A stretch of DNA of 64,000 bases from positions 96,001-160,000 of the forward strand of contig JAVJNR010000002.1 of NCBI GenBank assembly GCA_040217195.1, read 5' to 3'. A program made the position numbers and the translations under genes. Of this stretch, positions 1-10,090 are shown piece after piece. Source of the DNA: Leptospiraceae bacterium (lineage in GTDB: Bacteria; Spirochaetota; Leptospiria; Leptospirales; Leptonemataceae). Every line of letters starts with the position of its first letter. Position 1 is the first letter of the stretch. The notes under the pieces were generated by a model that saw only the letters and a program-made list of their open reading frames with translations, ran no database searches and was not told where the DNA came from.

Positions 1-1554
1 CTCTCATTTTTTAGCCCTGAACCCAGCCCTGTTGTTGACACGCATATAAGCACAGCATTCAGCCTGATGCTACTTCTTGCATTGCCCCTGGCGGGTTGGA
101 TTATTCTTCGAAAAGAAGAAGGACTCTGGGCCGGTGCCGTGGCCGGACTAATTGTTCTGACGATGAATGAATTTCCCATCTATAGCTTCGCAGCCATGCT
201 GGAAACTCAGGGAATGTTCTTTTTTCTTATGGCCTGTACGGCCTATTATCTAAATCGCGATGCAGGCTTTTCCAGTGGTCGAGGCAAGAAGCATATCCGG
301 TGGGTAATCTTTGTTGGATTCTTTGGTCTATACATGACCAAGTATCCGTATGGGATTTTGCTGATTATCGCCATTCTGCTGGTTGAAGGCATTTCTTACA
401 CCAGGCGATTTATTGAGCTATTTCGTCAGAATGTGCTGCCTCACTATTGGATTCGCTGGAACCTGGTCTTTCCTGTACTGGTGCTGGCAGCACTGGTTGT
501 CTTCGTATTTCGTACCAAGCTAGGATTACCGGCGGAAGGTAAAGTATACAAACAGGTTCTTTATGGAACGTTGCTTCTTGCCTTTGTGGATCTGAATATC
601 CATTGGTTCAGACATCGCTCCGTGATTCGCAAGACTCTTCTGGCCCATCAAATGAGACTGTATGCATGGGGTATTCTGCCCATCGCTATCTGGTTTCTAT
701 CCAGTCCGGATCGATTCGGTGCATTTCTGGGCGCCGGTCTGCATGTGCAAGAACAGGGTCGAGTATTCGCCTGGAGTCTTCTGGTGGATACTCTAGAGGC
801 TCCGGTCTTGATGCCATTCGTGGCCTTGCTACTTGCCATCGGTCTAATAGTCATCTCTCGGGGTCGACGAAACTGGCGGACCTGGGTGCGCGATCCTATG
901 AATGCAGTGGTTCTGGTTATCACAGGGAATCTATTGCTTCTTGAAGTTCTGACGGCGAACAAACAGTTTCGTCATATCTATCATCTGGTGCCTGCCTTTG
1001 TGTTATTTGCTTTTCTGGTACTCTTTAAGCGATACAGACCGGGACATTCCAGACCTGGAATCGTTTCTGCCCGGGGAGCCGTGGGAGAAGCAGGTGGATT
1101 GCTGGCCTGTATACTGATTGCAGGATTGTTCGTAGTAATTCCAGGAAGCATGGGAGCGAATCCGGCCCGAGATTATCTATGCTTTTCTGGCACAGATTCG
1201 AAGCCCGTGGCTCCGGCCAGACGAGTGGCATCCCAGATACCGGAGAATAGCAAGATCGTAGTCTGGAATCGTTTCCATGAACTGGATTCGCCTGCTCCGG
1301 GCCGTTTACTGGCTTCTGAAATCGACCTGCTGATCAGGTATAGAACGGGAGCACGGGCCAGAAATGAATCTAACTATCGGATGGATAACTGGAATGATTT
1401 CAATTCATTCGCCTATATTTCTTACGACTGCAAAACCGGCATCATCGACTCTGTGGAGAGGCAGGTAGAGTCCAGACGAGACGTAGAACTGATTGTTGGC
1501 AATACCTACTTTGATCAGTCCGGTATTTGTCTGCAGCTCTTTCGAATTGAATAG
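1..1554 (+). CDS. Multi-pass membrane protein, probable GT-C (ArnT/PMT-like) glycosyltransferase; 5'-truncated
   Basis: The frame is open from base 1. Many hydrophobic segments, an 'AMLE' motif after a TM, a 'TKY' motif, a 'KQFRHI' loop and a C-terminal soluble domain, as in GT-C proteins. Confidence 0.55.
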   Translation, partial: LSFFSPEPSPVVDTHISTAFSLMLLLALPLAGWIILRKEEGLWAGAVAGLIVLTMNEFPIYSFAAMLETQGMFFFLMACTAYYLNRDAGFSSGRGKKHIRWVIFVGFFGLYMTKYPYGILLIIAILLVEGISYTRRFIELFRQNVLPHYWIRWNLVFPVLVLAALVVFVFRTKLGLPAEGKVYKQVLYGTLLLAFVDLNIHWFRHRSVIRKTLLAHQMRLYAWGILPIAIWFLSSPDRFGAFLGAGLHVQEQGRVFAWSLLVDTLEAPVLMPFVALLLAIGLIVISRGRRNWRTWVRDPMNAVVLVITGNLLLLEVLTANKQFRHIYHLVPAFVLFAFLVLFKRYRPGHSRPGIVSARGAVGEAGGLLACILIAGLFVVIPGSMGANPARDYLCFSGTDSKPVAPARRVASQIPENSKIVVWNRFHELDSPAPGRLLASEIDLLIRYRTGARARNESNYRMDNWNDFNSFAYISYDCKTGIIDSVERQVESRRDVELIVGNTYFDQSGICLQLFRIE

Positions 1555-1673
1555 TGCTTTAGTATCATTTCCAGGGACCGGTGCGGCCATTTGTCATTCG
1601 TTGTACTGGCCCAAATTGAACTGGCCTGGACTGTGAAGTGGTTCTAGAGAATGTTCAGCCCATAAGCTGAGGA

Positions 1674-3125
1674 TCAGGAAGGGGCCAGAAAGCGCTTAAA
1701 GACCACCATGTTTGTAGGTCCGATCTTTCGCTGTATCAGTTCTTTCAGTAGTTGTTCCTTATTGCTTTGTTTCATTTCTGATGGCGGCAAAGCCTCAAAT
1801 TCCTTTTTCGCATCTTGAGTCAAAGTATCCATCCTCTGTCGCATCACTTTGACCATGGCTCGAAGCAGACCCGGGTCCTCTTTATCTTCCTCGTTGCATG
1901 CCGGCAGAACTTGCTCTTTCCACCACTCGATTATTACAGCCTTCAAAAATTCCAGAGGAACGAAACGTTCCACAACGCGGCTCTGTGAACCCTTGATTCT
2001 GTGCATACTACCCGTGCTCAGCTCTTTCAGATATTTCTTGCTCAGCTGGAAAAAGGTCTGGGGCCCCAGATGAAAAAGAAAGGAGTTGCGGTAGTCTTGC
2101 TTTATTCCAGCGTTCAGGAGTGATATATCAGCGGCCAGACTGAAGAATATATGAAGGAAGGTTCGGTAATCGCTTTCTACCTTTTCCGGGGGCATGAAGC
2201 GCTTTCGTCTGGAATACTGAAGTACAAAGTCCGTACGGATAACATCCTGAACCGCGCCAAGATGAGTATCGATATAGATTACTTCGCCGAACTTCTTGCG
2301 TTCCTCTGCCAGAAGAGCCGGGTCAAAAACCAGCACATAGTAGACGGTACTATTCCATTTCTGCTTTCCGGTAGCCCTGAGCACATTGGGTGCTTCCGGT
2401 GGTAGTTCATTTAGTGATTTTTTCTCCGGGTGTCTGATGCTCAGATCATCCATTATTTCCAGAGCCGAATTATCCTTCTGCTGGCTATTTTCCTGTATAT
2501 GTCGATCCAGATCTTCTCTGAATGCTACCGAAAACTGATACACGAGGCCGGGACTGTAAGTGCCTATGCCGGCCAGATTTCTGGTATTTAGCGGATCCTG
2601 TTTGAACTGAACTACCCGACCCATCCGCTCCGAGAGGATGCGCATGGATTCTGTGTCGTAAATTGCAGGATCGATGCGATACTTGATGGCCTGTTCCCTG
2701 AGTTGTGACGTTGGTGCCAGCCGGGCTTTTTCAAGGAGGGAGCGAATCTTGCCCCACAGGCCCGAAGATTCCATGGCAAATCGTTTTAGATGCACTGCAG
2801 TGAGCAAGAATCTCACATAGGCCAGGCGATGCTCGGTCGGATCCGCTGAAAAGAAATTGTGAAAGTTCTTTTTTGCTTCTTGATCGGTGTGACTGGGACT
2901 GAGGTGCAAAATGCCCTCTCGAATAACCCCCTGCAGCTCCGTTAAGGAACGGTCCACATTCACCGATACGTCCTGCAGAGCCAGTCGTTCTTCCGGTGTA
3001 ATGATAGACGAGGAAAGGACCTGGCGCAAAATGCGGACATGAGTCTGCTGTCTTTCCAGAATGGGCATCAGGCCACCCTTGAAATCCCCAATTCGGTCCA
3101 GCTCTGTATTGGTGGTGGCCTGCAT
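1674..3125 (-). CDS. Hypothetical soluble protein (483 aa)
   Basis: Long ORF with normal composition filling the gap; no motif recognised. Confidence 0.75.
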   Translation of the reverse strand: MQATTNTELDRIGDFKGGLMPILERQQTHVRILRQVLSSSIITPEERLALQDVSVNVDRSLTELQGVIREGILHLSPSHTDQEAKKNFHNFFSADPTEHRLAYVRFLLTAVHLKRFAMESSGLWGKIRSLLEKARLAPTSQLREQAIKYRIDPAIYDTESMRILSERMGRVVQFKQDPLNTRNLAGIGTYSPGLVYQFSVAFREDLDRHIQENSQQKDNSALEIMDDLSIRHPEKKSLNELPPEAPNVLRATGKQKWNSTVYYVLVFDPALLAEERKKFGEVIYIDTHLGAVQDVIRTDFVLQYSRRKRFMPPEKVESDYRTFLHIFFSLAADISLLNAGIKQDYRNSFLFHLGPQTFFQLSKKYLKELSTGSMHRIKGSQSRVVERFVPLEFLKAVIIEWWKEQVLPACNEEDKEDPGLLRAMVKVMRQRMDTLTQDAKKEFEALPPSEMKQSNKEQLLKELIQRKIGPTNMVVFKRFLAPS

Positions 3126-3225
3126 GTTCTTATGGTTTACCGGACGTTTTAAAATGCAAAAAAAATTCGGAAAACTGTTGTTTAAGGCAGGGGTTTCTGC
3201 ACTATTCTATCCGGAGGGAATTCTT

Positions 3226-4095
3226 ATGAGATTATCCATTAAAAAACTAGCCCTGCCCGTACTGATCGGGCTTCTAATTGGGGCTGCCTGTAGCAAAGGC
3301 GAAGAGAACGTCAAAGGTGGGGAAGATGCCCGCCCGGTGGCACGCATTACTTTTATGAGCGGTGACGTTCAGGTGAAAGTGGGCGATGCTATGTCAACTG
3401 CCGAAAAGGGTCAGATTCTGAAATCTGGATCTGAGATTACAACAGGCCCAGGAGCCAGTGCGGAGCTGTTCTTCAAAGATATGGGCATTGTCCGTGTAGG
3501 AGCAGATTCAGTTATCAGCGTAGATTCTGTGGCTGCGAATGAGGTAAACCTGGGTCTTAAATCAGGTAATGCCGGTATGTTTCTGAAAAAGATTCGGGCT
3601 GACGACGAGTTCAGTGTTCATACACCGACCTCTGTTGCGGCGGTTCGGGGAACAGCTTTTCTAGTTACTGTGGACAGCGAAGATCAATCCAGGATTGCAC
3701 TTTTTGACGGAGCCATTGAAGTGTCTGATCGCGATGGAAAGAGCATTGTGATGGACAAGAAGGGTGAAGTCACCGTTCGAAGCGGCGAAGGAATTGACGG
3801 ATCCGATATTCAGCCACTGAGCGAAGATGCTCTGGCCCGCATGAAGGACATGGCCGTTTTTGAAAAGAATCGGATTCTGGAATATAATACCTTCCTGGAA
3901 GAGCTGGAAGGTTCCGAATGGATGACTAACTTGCAGGTGGAAGCGTCTGTGGATGAAAGGATGGACAATCTGGACAACCAGGCGAACCGACCGGCAGACC
4001 GAGTTGTGAAAGCTCAACGAGCTGAAGAGAATGTAATTCGTCGGGATACCGAGGGAGATCCTCTGAAGATTCCTGCTAAGAAGGATTTCAAGTAA
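3226..4095 (+). CDS. FecR-domain lipoprotein (LipL45-like)
   Basis: ATG 3226 follows GGAGGG. Lipobox 'IGAAC' and FecR motif 'TPTSVAAVRGTAF...ALFDG'. Confidence 0.8.
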   Translation: MRLSIKKLALPVLIGLLIGAACSKGEENVKGGEDARPVARITFMSGDVQVKVGDAMSTAEKGQILKSGSEITTGPGASAELFFKDMGIVRVGADSVISVDSVAANEVNLGLKSGNAGMFLKKIRADDEFSVHTPTSVAAVRGTAFLVTVDSEDQSRIALFDGAIEVSDRDGKSIVMDKKGEVTVRSGEGIDGSDIQPLSEDALARMKDMAVFEKNRILEYNTFLEELEGSEWMTNLQVEASVDERMDNLDNQANRPADRVVKAQRAEENVIRRDTEGDPLKIPAKKDFK

Positions 4096-4114
4096 TTCAG
4101 CTAATACTTCAAGA

Positions 4115-5239
4115 ATGATTGCATGTAGCTTTCGATGGGCTGGCCTCTGGTCAGCCCTTTTGCTTTCTATGACTCTTCTACAATGCGGCTCTGCCCGGAA
4201 CGAAGTAGAAGAAAAAAAGCCACTACCGGTGGCTCCCTCACCCATTGGCCTGGAAGAGAATGATATTACATTAGTCTTTGCAGGAGATACGAACTTCATC
4301 TGGGGTGTTGAGGATTTACAGAAAACTCGGGGCATGTTGTATCCTCTGGAAGAAGTGATGGAGATGCTGGAATCAGCGGATCTAACATCGGTGAACCTGG
4401 AAACCGCTGTAACGACCAGGGGAACTCCAATAAACGAAAAGAACTATGTATTCAATTCCAATCCATTGTTGGCCAGAGTTCTGGCCGACGTTGGTGTGGA
4501 CATGATTGTGCTGGGCAACAATCATTCTATGGATATGGGCGATGAAGGAATTCTTGATACTCTTCAATTTGCTCGCCGGAATGGCATCTTTGCACCAGGG
4601 GCTGGTAGTAATCTCCAGGAAGCTGCGGCTCCAGCCGTGGTGGAAATAAAGGGACTAAAGATAGGCTTCTTTTCAGGAAATGAAGTGGGTCCAGGTTCCA
4701 ATTATGCAACCAACCAGCGTTCTGGTACGGCGGGCATAGCCATGTTGCAATCCTCTCTGCGTAGCTGGTGTGGCCGACTGGATATGTGCATTGTTAATCT
4801 GCACTGGGGCATGGAGTATTCGCCTCATCCACTGCCGTCCCAGCGATCTACAGCGGAGACATTAATAAAATCCGGGGCTGATGCGATCATCGGTCATCAT
4901 CCGCATATTCCTCAGGGGGTTGAGATCATAGATGGAAAGCCAGTCTTCTATTCTGTAGGCAATTTCCTATTTGGGAGCGTCAACTTTAAACAAAACCACA
5001 ATCTAATAGTTCGCCTGGTTATCGATAAAGAAAAGAAGTCAGTGAAGCGATCCGAAGTGTATGCACTACACGGGATCTACCGGGAGAACGGACATCGAAT
5101 TCGGGTACTCAGCGGTACGGAAGCCCATGCTGTCTGGGAAGAAATCTTCGTTCAGTCCCGCGCACTGGGAAGCCGCTCCAATATTGCATTTTCAGACGAT
5201 ATGCGAGCCATGATTGTGTTTCCTCAGCCTCTGGACTAA
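4115..5239 (+). CDS. CapA-family (poly-gamma-glutamate synthesis protein-like) metallophosphoesterase, probable lipoprotein
   Basis: Motifs 'FAGD', 'VNLET', 'GNNHSMD', 'LHWGMEY', 'GHHPH', 'YSVGNFLF'. Confidence 0.88.
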   Translation: MIACSFRWAGLWSALLLSMTLLQCGSARNEVEEKKPLPVAPSPIGLEENDITLVFAGDTNFIWGVEDLQKTRGMLYPLEEVMEMLESADLTSVNLETAVTTRGTPINEKNYVFNSNPLLARVLADVGVDMIVLGNNHSMDMGDEGILDTLQFARRNGIFAPGAGSNLQEAAAPAVVEIKGLKIGFFSGNEVGPGSNYATNQRSGTAGIAMLQSSLRSWCGRLDMCIVNLHWGMEYSPHPLPSQRSTAETLIKSGADAIIGHHPHIPQGVEIIDGKPVFYSVGNFLFGSVNFKQNHNLIVRLVIDKEKKSVKRSEVYALHGIYRENGHRIRVLSGTEAHAVWEEIFVQSRALGSRSNIAFSDDMRAMIVFPQPLD

Positions 5240-5284
5240 GCCTTTCGGGCCGGTGGGGTCAACAGGCGCCCCCTTGATCAATGA

Positions 5285-6364
5285 TTATTTCGGAGGGTCT
5301 ACAATTGGATCCTTGATCTCTGGCCACTTCTTATTCGTTATTTCCAGATTCTCCAGATAGCTCAGAAGATCTTTTTTTTCTTCTTCATCCAGTTGCCAGG
5401 ACTTGATATAAGGATCCGTGGGCTGGTTTTGTATTAACAGGCATTTGCCGTACGCCCGGTAGGCCTCCAGGTTCATCTCATTTTGAGGAATGATTTTCAG
5501 TAGCGGCACGGCCCGGTTGCATTCTCCGTATTCGCTGAAAACGATGGCTCGCATTCGGTACAGGCGGAAATCCCTCATACGCTGAGTTGTATCCAGGAGC
5601 TCTAGAAGCTTTTCTGGTTTGTCTGCCTTTCTAGCCAGGTCGATGAAGTTCATGAAAAAAGGTACATCGCTGCTTCCTGTCTTTTCTGCCAGAAGCATAC
5701 TTTCAAAGGCGGCCTCATAGTTCTGCTTCTCTCGATGGATCAGAGCACGCAGATAATAAGCATCTGAATAGTTGGGGCGAATACGGATTGCCTGTTCGAT
5801 TTGTTCCAGTGCCAGTTCCGGTTTTTCCATCCTGGAATATACATTGGCTGCATTGAATCTATATACTGAATGATAGGGATTGGCCTCAATGGCCGAAAGA
5901 AATGCATTCAGTGCTCGTTCATCGTTTCCTGCCTGGGAATGCAAGAACCCCAGGAAATTCCAGGCCGGGTCCAGAGCTGGACTTTGCTCTACTGCCTTTC
6001 TTGTGTGCACAATTGCCTGAGCCATTTGATTCCGATGAAAGAAATCCATACCTCGCAGATAGTTCGTTTCCGGCGCATCCGGAGAGAGCCGTTGCATTTG
6101 ATGCAGTAGGGGCCGAATCTGGCCATACTGGTTGGAGTAGTTTAGCAGGACTGCATGATTGTAAAGAGACCTCATCTGGATCCGCAATGAGGCTTTATCC
6201 AGTCCCTCTACGTTAAAGACATCGTCCGGCTTCTTTAGATTCGCTACCGGGTCCATTTCGCTGGATTCAGATTCTGCACCTAGCTCAGTAGCCGGGTAGG
6301 TCCAGGTCCAAACTGAAAGTAGAGCAATAATTGAAGTACAAACTACCTGGTGAGATTTTCGCAT
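5285..6364 (-). CDS. Exported tetratricopeptide-repeat protein
   Basis: ATG 6364 follows GGAGG. N-terminal hydrophobic signal and TPR-like units ('AWNFLGFLH', 'AYYLRALIH'). Confidence 0.8.
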   Translation of the reverse strand: MRKSHQVVCTSIIALLSVWTWTYPATELGAESESSEMDPVANLKKPDDVFNVEGLDKASLRIQMRSLYNHAVLLNYSNQYGQIRPLLHQMQRLSPDAPETNYLRGMDFFHRNQMAQAIVHTRKAVEQSPALDPAWNFLGFLHSQAGNDERALNAFLSAIEANPYHSVYRFNAANVYSRMEKPELALEQIEQAIRIRPNYSDAYYLRALIHREKQNYEAAFESMLLAEKTGSSDVPFFMNFIDLARKADKPEKLLELLDTTQRMRDFRLYRMRAIVFSEYGECNRAVPLLKIIPQNEMNLEAYRAYGKCLLIQNQPTDPYIKSWQLDEEEKKDLLSYLENLEITNKKWPEIKDPIVDPPK

Positions 6365-6378
6365 GCAGCCTCCAGGAC

Positions 6379-7236
6379 TCATTGAATAGAACTGGTGGAA
6401 CCTTTCCATTGTTCCATGAATTCCGTCAGGCCCTGGATGTATGTCAACGGAAATGCATTTCGGTCTTTATAAACAGCCAGGTAATCCTCCTTTCTGCCTG
6501 CATCAAGGATACTTCCAGTGTATAGACATCCCAATAGATTGTGGGATTCGGCTCTTTTTTTCCATTCATCTACAACATTGGACTCCTGCTGAAAGGAAAT
6601 GTCCTGGAACTGATCTTCATGCAACAGGGCCATTCCGCAGTACATGAGATTACCGGAAGATGAAAATCGCACTGCGGTGGATTGCATCGAAGATATCCTG
6701 GTGCCCTCTGCAATTTCCTGAAAACCGGTCTCTGAGCTATCGTGGGATCTGTCTGTTAGCATCAATAATGGTCTATAGGGCTCCAGGGAGTCTGCAGAAG
6801 GAATGCCTGGAGGCGAATTGTCTGTGGATTCCACTGCCGCTGCCGAAGTTGGTGAGCCTTTCTGGGAATGGGAGTTAGTTGCGATTGCAGCTAGCGAGAA
6901 TTCTGGAAGATAGATACAATCCGGATTAAGCACCCAGAAATAGCCTGATAGATCTGTTTGTCGTAGTGCGCCAGAAATGCCGCCTCCAGTACCCAGAATG
7001 GTGCTTTCTCGTGTGAATTGCAGAGTGAAATAGGGAAAATCTTCTAGATAGGAAATGATCTGATCGCCCAGGTAATGAGTGTTGATTGCCGCAAATTCAC
7101 ATCCATTACGGTGCAGCAGATAGAGAGTATGGGCTATTAAGGGAATATTCAGCACCGGTAACATTGGTTTGGGTCTGGTGCGGGTAAGTTCCTGCATCCG
7201 AGTTCCCAGTCCGGCTGCCAGGATCATCGCTTTCAT
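6379..7236 (-). CDS. murU: Nucleotidyltransferase, MurU-like
   Basis: 'MKAMILAAGLGTRM...RPKPMLPV', 'INTHYL', 'LGTGGG'; coupled to an upstream AmgK-like kinase. Confidence 0.7.
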   Translation of the reverse strand: MKAMILAAGLGTRMQELTRTRPKPMLPVLNIPLIAHTLYLLHRNGCEFAAINTHYLGDQIISYLEDFPYFTLQFTRESTILGTGGGISGALRQTDLSGYFWVLNPDCIYLPEFSLAAIATNSHSQKGSPTSAAAVESTDNSPPGIPSADSLEPYRPLLMLTDRSHDSSETGFQEIAEGTRISSMQSTAVRFSSSGNLMYCGMALLHEDQFQDISFQQESNVVDEWKKRAESHNLLGCLYTGSILDAGRKEDYLAVYKDRNAFPLTYIQGLTEFMEQWKGSTSSIQ

Positions 7237-8225
7237 TTCAGGGCAGGCACCAGCTTTCGTTTGCAATCCAGAATAAAAAGAAATACACTATCGGGAAACC
7301 GTCCCAGATGCAGTGCCGCTTCAAGCTGAGTTAGTGCTCCTTCAACACATTCCAGGTAAGTGGTCTTGTTTAATTCAAGACCAAGATACAGATAACTACC
7401 CAGCGCCTTGAGGACTCGCTGCAGGCCCTGTAAATAGAATAGACCTCGTCCTTTTTCCAGACCGGCCTTTTCAAAGTAGTGATCCACACAGGCTTTCCTC
7501 AATTGCCGGGATATTTCTGTGTATGGATCGAATAGAAGACTTGCAAGATCGTAGTATCGATTGCCAGACCGAGCATCCTGAAAATCTATGATGGTGTGAG
7601 AATCATCCTTCATCATTACGTTGCGGCTGTGTAAATCGCGATGAACAAAGCAATCTGCGCTGTACTGCCCCAGGGCTTCGCAGGCCTCCAGTAGAAACAT
7701 CTTCAGCTCAAAGCTGGGAACTACATCGATTCCTTTTTCGTTCCTTAGTCTTTCCAGCCTTTCAAATAGAAATTCCATTTCCCAGTACAGTTTCTCGCGA
7801 TCAAAAGCTCGACTGGCCACAGGATCGTTCAACTCCAGGGATTGCATGGCAAGAATGGAATCTACAAGAGTAATATACTGGGACTCTATTTCTGATTCTG
7901 TGCGATGGGATGCTGATTTCCAGGATTCCAGATCCGAAGAGCCAGCATCTGACTGTAAAATAAGACCATCTCTGGCAGAGAGTGCCAGGATGGATGGCAC
8001 CGGAACATTCGCACCGGCCAGCTGATCCCGAACAGTGAGAAAATCATGGTTTTCAGCAATGAAAGGCTCTTCTATGCAGAGCACGGCTGAGACAGAATCT
8101 TGATTTGTGACTCTAAAGTATTTACGAGCGGATCCTTCCAGCCTGAGCGCCTGGAGCTCCTTGCCGAAATTATTCGCTTCTAGAAAACGAATAACTGGCT
8201 CAGAAGATGGATCAATCAAGGTCAT
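7233..8225 (-). CDS. amgK: Aminoglycoside-phosphotransferase-family kinase, AmgK-like
   Basis: 'GSARKYFRV', 'VHRDLHSRNVM', 'IDFQDA', 'YDLASLL', 'QRVLKALG'. Confidence 0.75.
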   Translation of the reverse strand: MTLIDPSSEPVIRFLEANNFGKELQALRLEGSARKYFRVTNQDSVSAVLCIEEPFIAENHDFLTVRDQLAGANVPVPSILALSARDGLILQSDAGSSDLESWKSASHRTESEIESQYITLVDSILAMQSLELNDPVASRAFDREKLYWEMEFLFERLERLRNEKGIDVVPSFELKMFLLEACEALGQYSADCFVHRDLHSRNVMMKDDSHTIIDFQDARSGNRYYDLASLLFDPYTEISRQLRKACVDHYFEKAGLEKGRGLFYLQGLQRVLKALGSYLYLGLELNKTTYLECVEGALTQLEAALHLGRFPDSVFLFILDCKRKLVPALK

Positions 8226-9429
8226 GAATCATGTTGCCCAGACGCTCAATGCCTTTGCGAATATGTTCCTCTGAAAGCGCATAAGAAATCCGAATGCCTG
8301 TGTCATCCCCGAAGGCCACTCCGGGAACCGCTGCAACCTCATAATGATCGAGAAGATGGGCGCAGAATACCCTGGATGCAGACTCATCATTTTTGTCTTT
8401 CATGATGGCCTGAAATTTTGGCTTTGCATAGATCTCTCGCAGATCGGGAAAAATATAAAAAGCACCCCCGGGAGCGAATGTGCGAACTCCAGGAATGCTG
8501 GAAAGCATACGCGTTACCAGGTCTCGTCTTTCCTGAAACGCCTTTCTCATTTCCACCACGCAGTCCTGACTGGATGTGAGGGCTACCTGGGCAGCCGCCT
8601 GGGCGATAGATGTGGCTCCAGAAGTGCTCTGACCCTGTATCTTTTCTATATTCTTAATGATGTAATCCGGTCCGGCTCCATAGCCAATCCGCCAGCCAGT
8701 CATGGAATAGGCTTTACTTACTCCATTAACTATAAACCAGCGATCTTTCAGTTCAGGAACCAGCATTGGAACGTTCAGAAATTTTCTATCATCGAATAGA
8801 ATGTGCTCATAGATATCGTCTGTGACCAGAAGCATATCCTCTCGTTCCTTTAATAGCTCCGCTAGCTCCTTAAGCTCTGAATCTGGATACACGGCTCCCG
8901 TGGGATTACTCGGAGAGTTAATCAGGATCATTCTTGTTCGTGGACTGAGCGCCTCTCGAATTTGCTGGATGCTGGGAATATATCCCTGTTCGAATCCGGC
9001 AGAAACAATCACTGGCTTGGCCTGAGCCAGTCGAGCAATGTCCGCATAGGACACCCAGTAGGGGGCCGGTATGATAACTTCATCGTCTGGATTAAGAGTT
9101 GCCTGGAATAGATTATAGAGTACCTGCTTTCCGCCTACGGACACTACGACTTCAGAAGGAGAGAAGCTAAGGTTATTATCCCTTTCAAATTTCTGTATGA
9201 TTGCCTTTTTAAGACCGGGGGTTCCGCCCACAGGTGTGTATTTGGTCTGGCCAGCTTCCAGGGCTTTCACGGCAGCTTGCTTGATGTGCTCTGGAGTATC
9301 AAAGTCAGGCTCGCCTGCCCCGAACCCAATTACATCTTTTCCCTGAGCTCGGAGTTCTTTTGCGCGAGCAGTAATTGCCAGAGTAGGTGAAGGCTCTACT
9401 GAATCCAGTCTATGTGCCGAGAATTTCAT
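8212..9429 (-). CDS. PLP-dependent class I/II (aspartate) aminotransferase
   Basis: 'GEPDFDTP', 'NSPSNPTG', 'DDIYE', 'SKAYSMTGWRIG'. Confidence 0.93.
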   Translation of the reverse strand: MKFSAHRLDSVEPSPTLAITARAKELRAQGKDVIGFGAGEPDFDTPEHIKQAAVKALEAGQTKYTPVGGTPGLKKAIIQKFERDNNLSFSPSEVVVSVGGKQVLYNLFQATLNPDDEVIIPAPYWVSYADIARLAQAKPVIVSAGFEQGYIPSIQQIREALSPRTRMILINSPSNPTGAVYPDSELKELAELLKEREDMLLVTDDIYEHILFDDRKFLNVPMLVPELKDRWFIVNGVSKAYSMTGWRIGYGAGPDYIIKNIEKIQGQSTSGATSIAQAAAQVALTSSQDCVVEMRKAFQERRDLVTRMLSSIPGVRTFAPGGAFYIFPDLREIYAKPKFQAIMKDKNDESASRVFCAHLLDHYEVAAVPGVAFGDDTGIRISYALSEEHIRKGIERLGNMIHDLD

Positions 9430-9567
9430 ATCCCTTTCTCAATCCGTGGGAGCCCCTGGCACTGCAAATAAAAAAGGGAGGATTAAAAAAAATGTGTCTC
9501 AAAAACGGAATACCAACTTCAACTGATTTGTCTGAAAATACGGATAATTGGTGATGTAAGAACTATT

Positions 9568-10086
9568 ATGGAAATTGCCCTGTTTGAGCCCGAAATACCT
9601 CCGAATACCGGTAATATTATCCGATTGTCCGTCTGTACGGGCAGCACCCTGCATATTGTAGGGAAGCCATCCTTTTCGCTGGAAGACTCTATGTTGCGCA
9701 GGGCAGGACTGGATTACTGGAATCTGTCCAGACTTACCAGCCATGAATCTCTGGAACACTTTCTGGATTTCTTGCAGCAGCGGGACAGTCAGAGCCGCGA
9801 TCAAGTGCGACGCAGATTCGTACTTACGACCAGATTTGCAAAAAGTAGTTTTACGGACTTTGCTTATGAGCCAGATCAAATCCTTTTATTTGGCAAAGAG
9901 ACCTCAGGTCTTCCGGATTCCGTGCGCGCAGAATTCTCGGAATTTCAGGATCATTGGCTCCGTATACCGGTTCATGCAGAGTGTCGGTCACTGAACCTGG
10001 CAAATTCGGTGGCCATAGTGCTATATGAAGCGTTACGCCAGCAAGGATTTCCAGGTTTGAATCTGGCCCCACCGTCCGATACATAA
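9568..10086 (+). CDS. trmL: tRNA (cytidine(34)-2'-O)-methyltransferase
   Basis: 'EPEIPPNTGNIIRL', 'RRAGLDYW', 'FGKETSGLP', 'RSLNLANS'. Confidence 0.92.
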   Translation: MEIALFEPEIPPNTGNIIRLSVCTGSTLHIVGKPSFSLEDSMLRRAGLDYWNLSRLTSHESLEHFLDFLQQRDSQSRDQVRRRFVLTTRFAKSSFTDFAYEPDQILLFGKETSGLPDSVRAEFSEFQDHWLRIPVHAECRSLNLANSVAIVLYEALRQQGFPGLNLAPPSDT

Positions 10087-10090
10087 AGGG

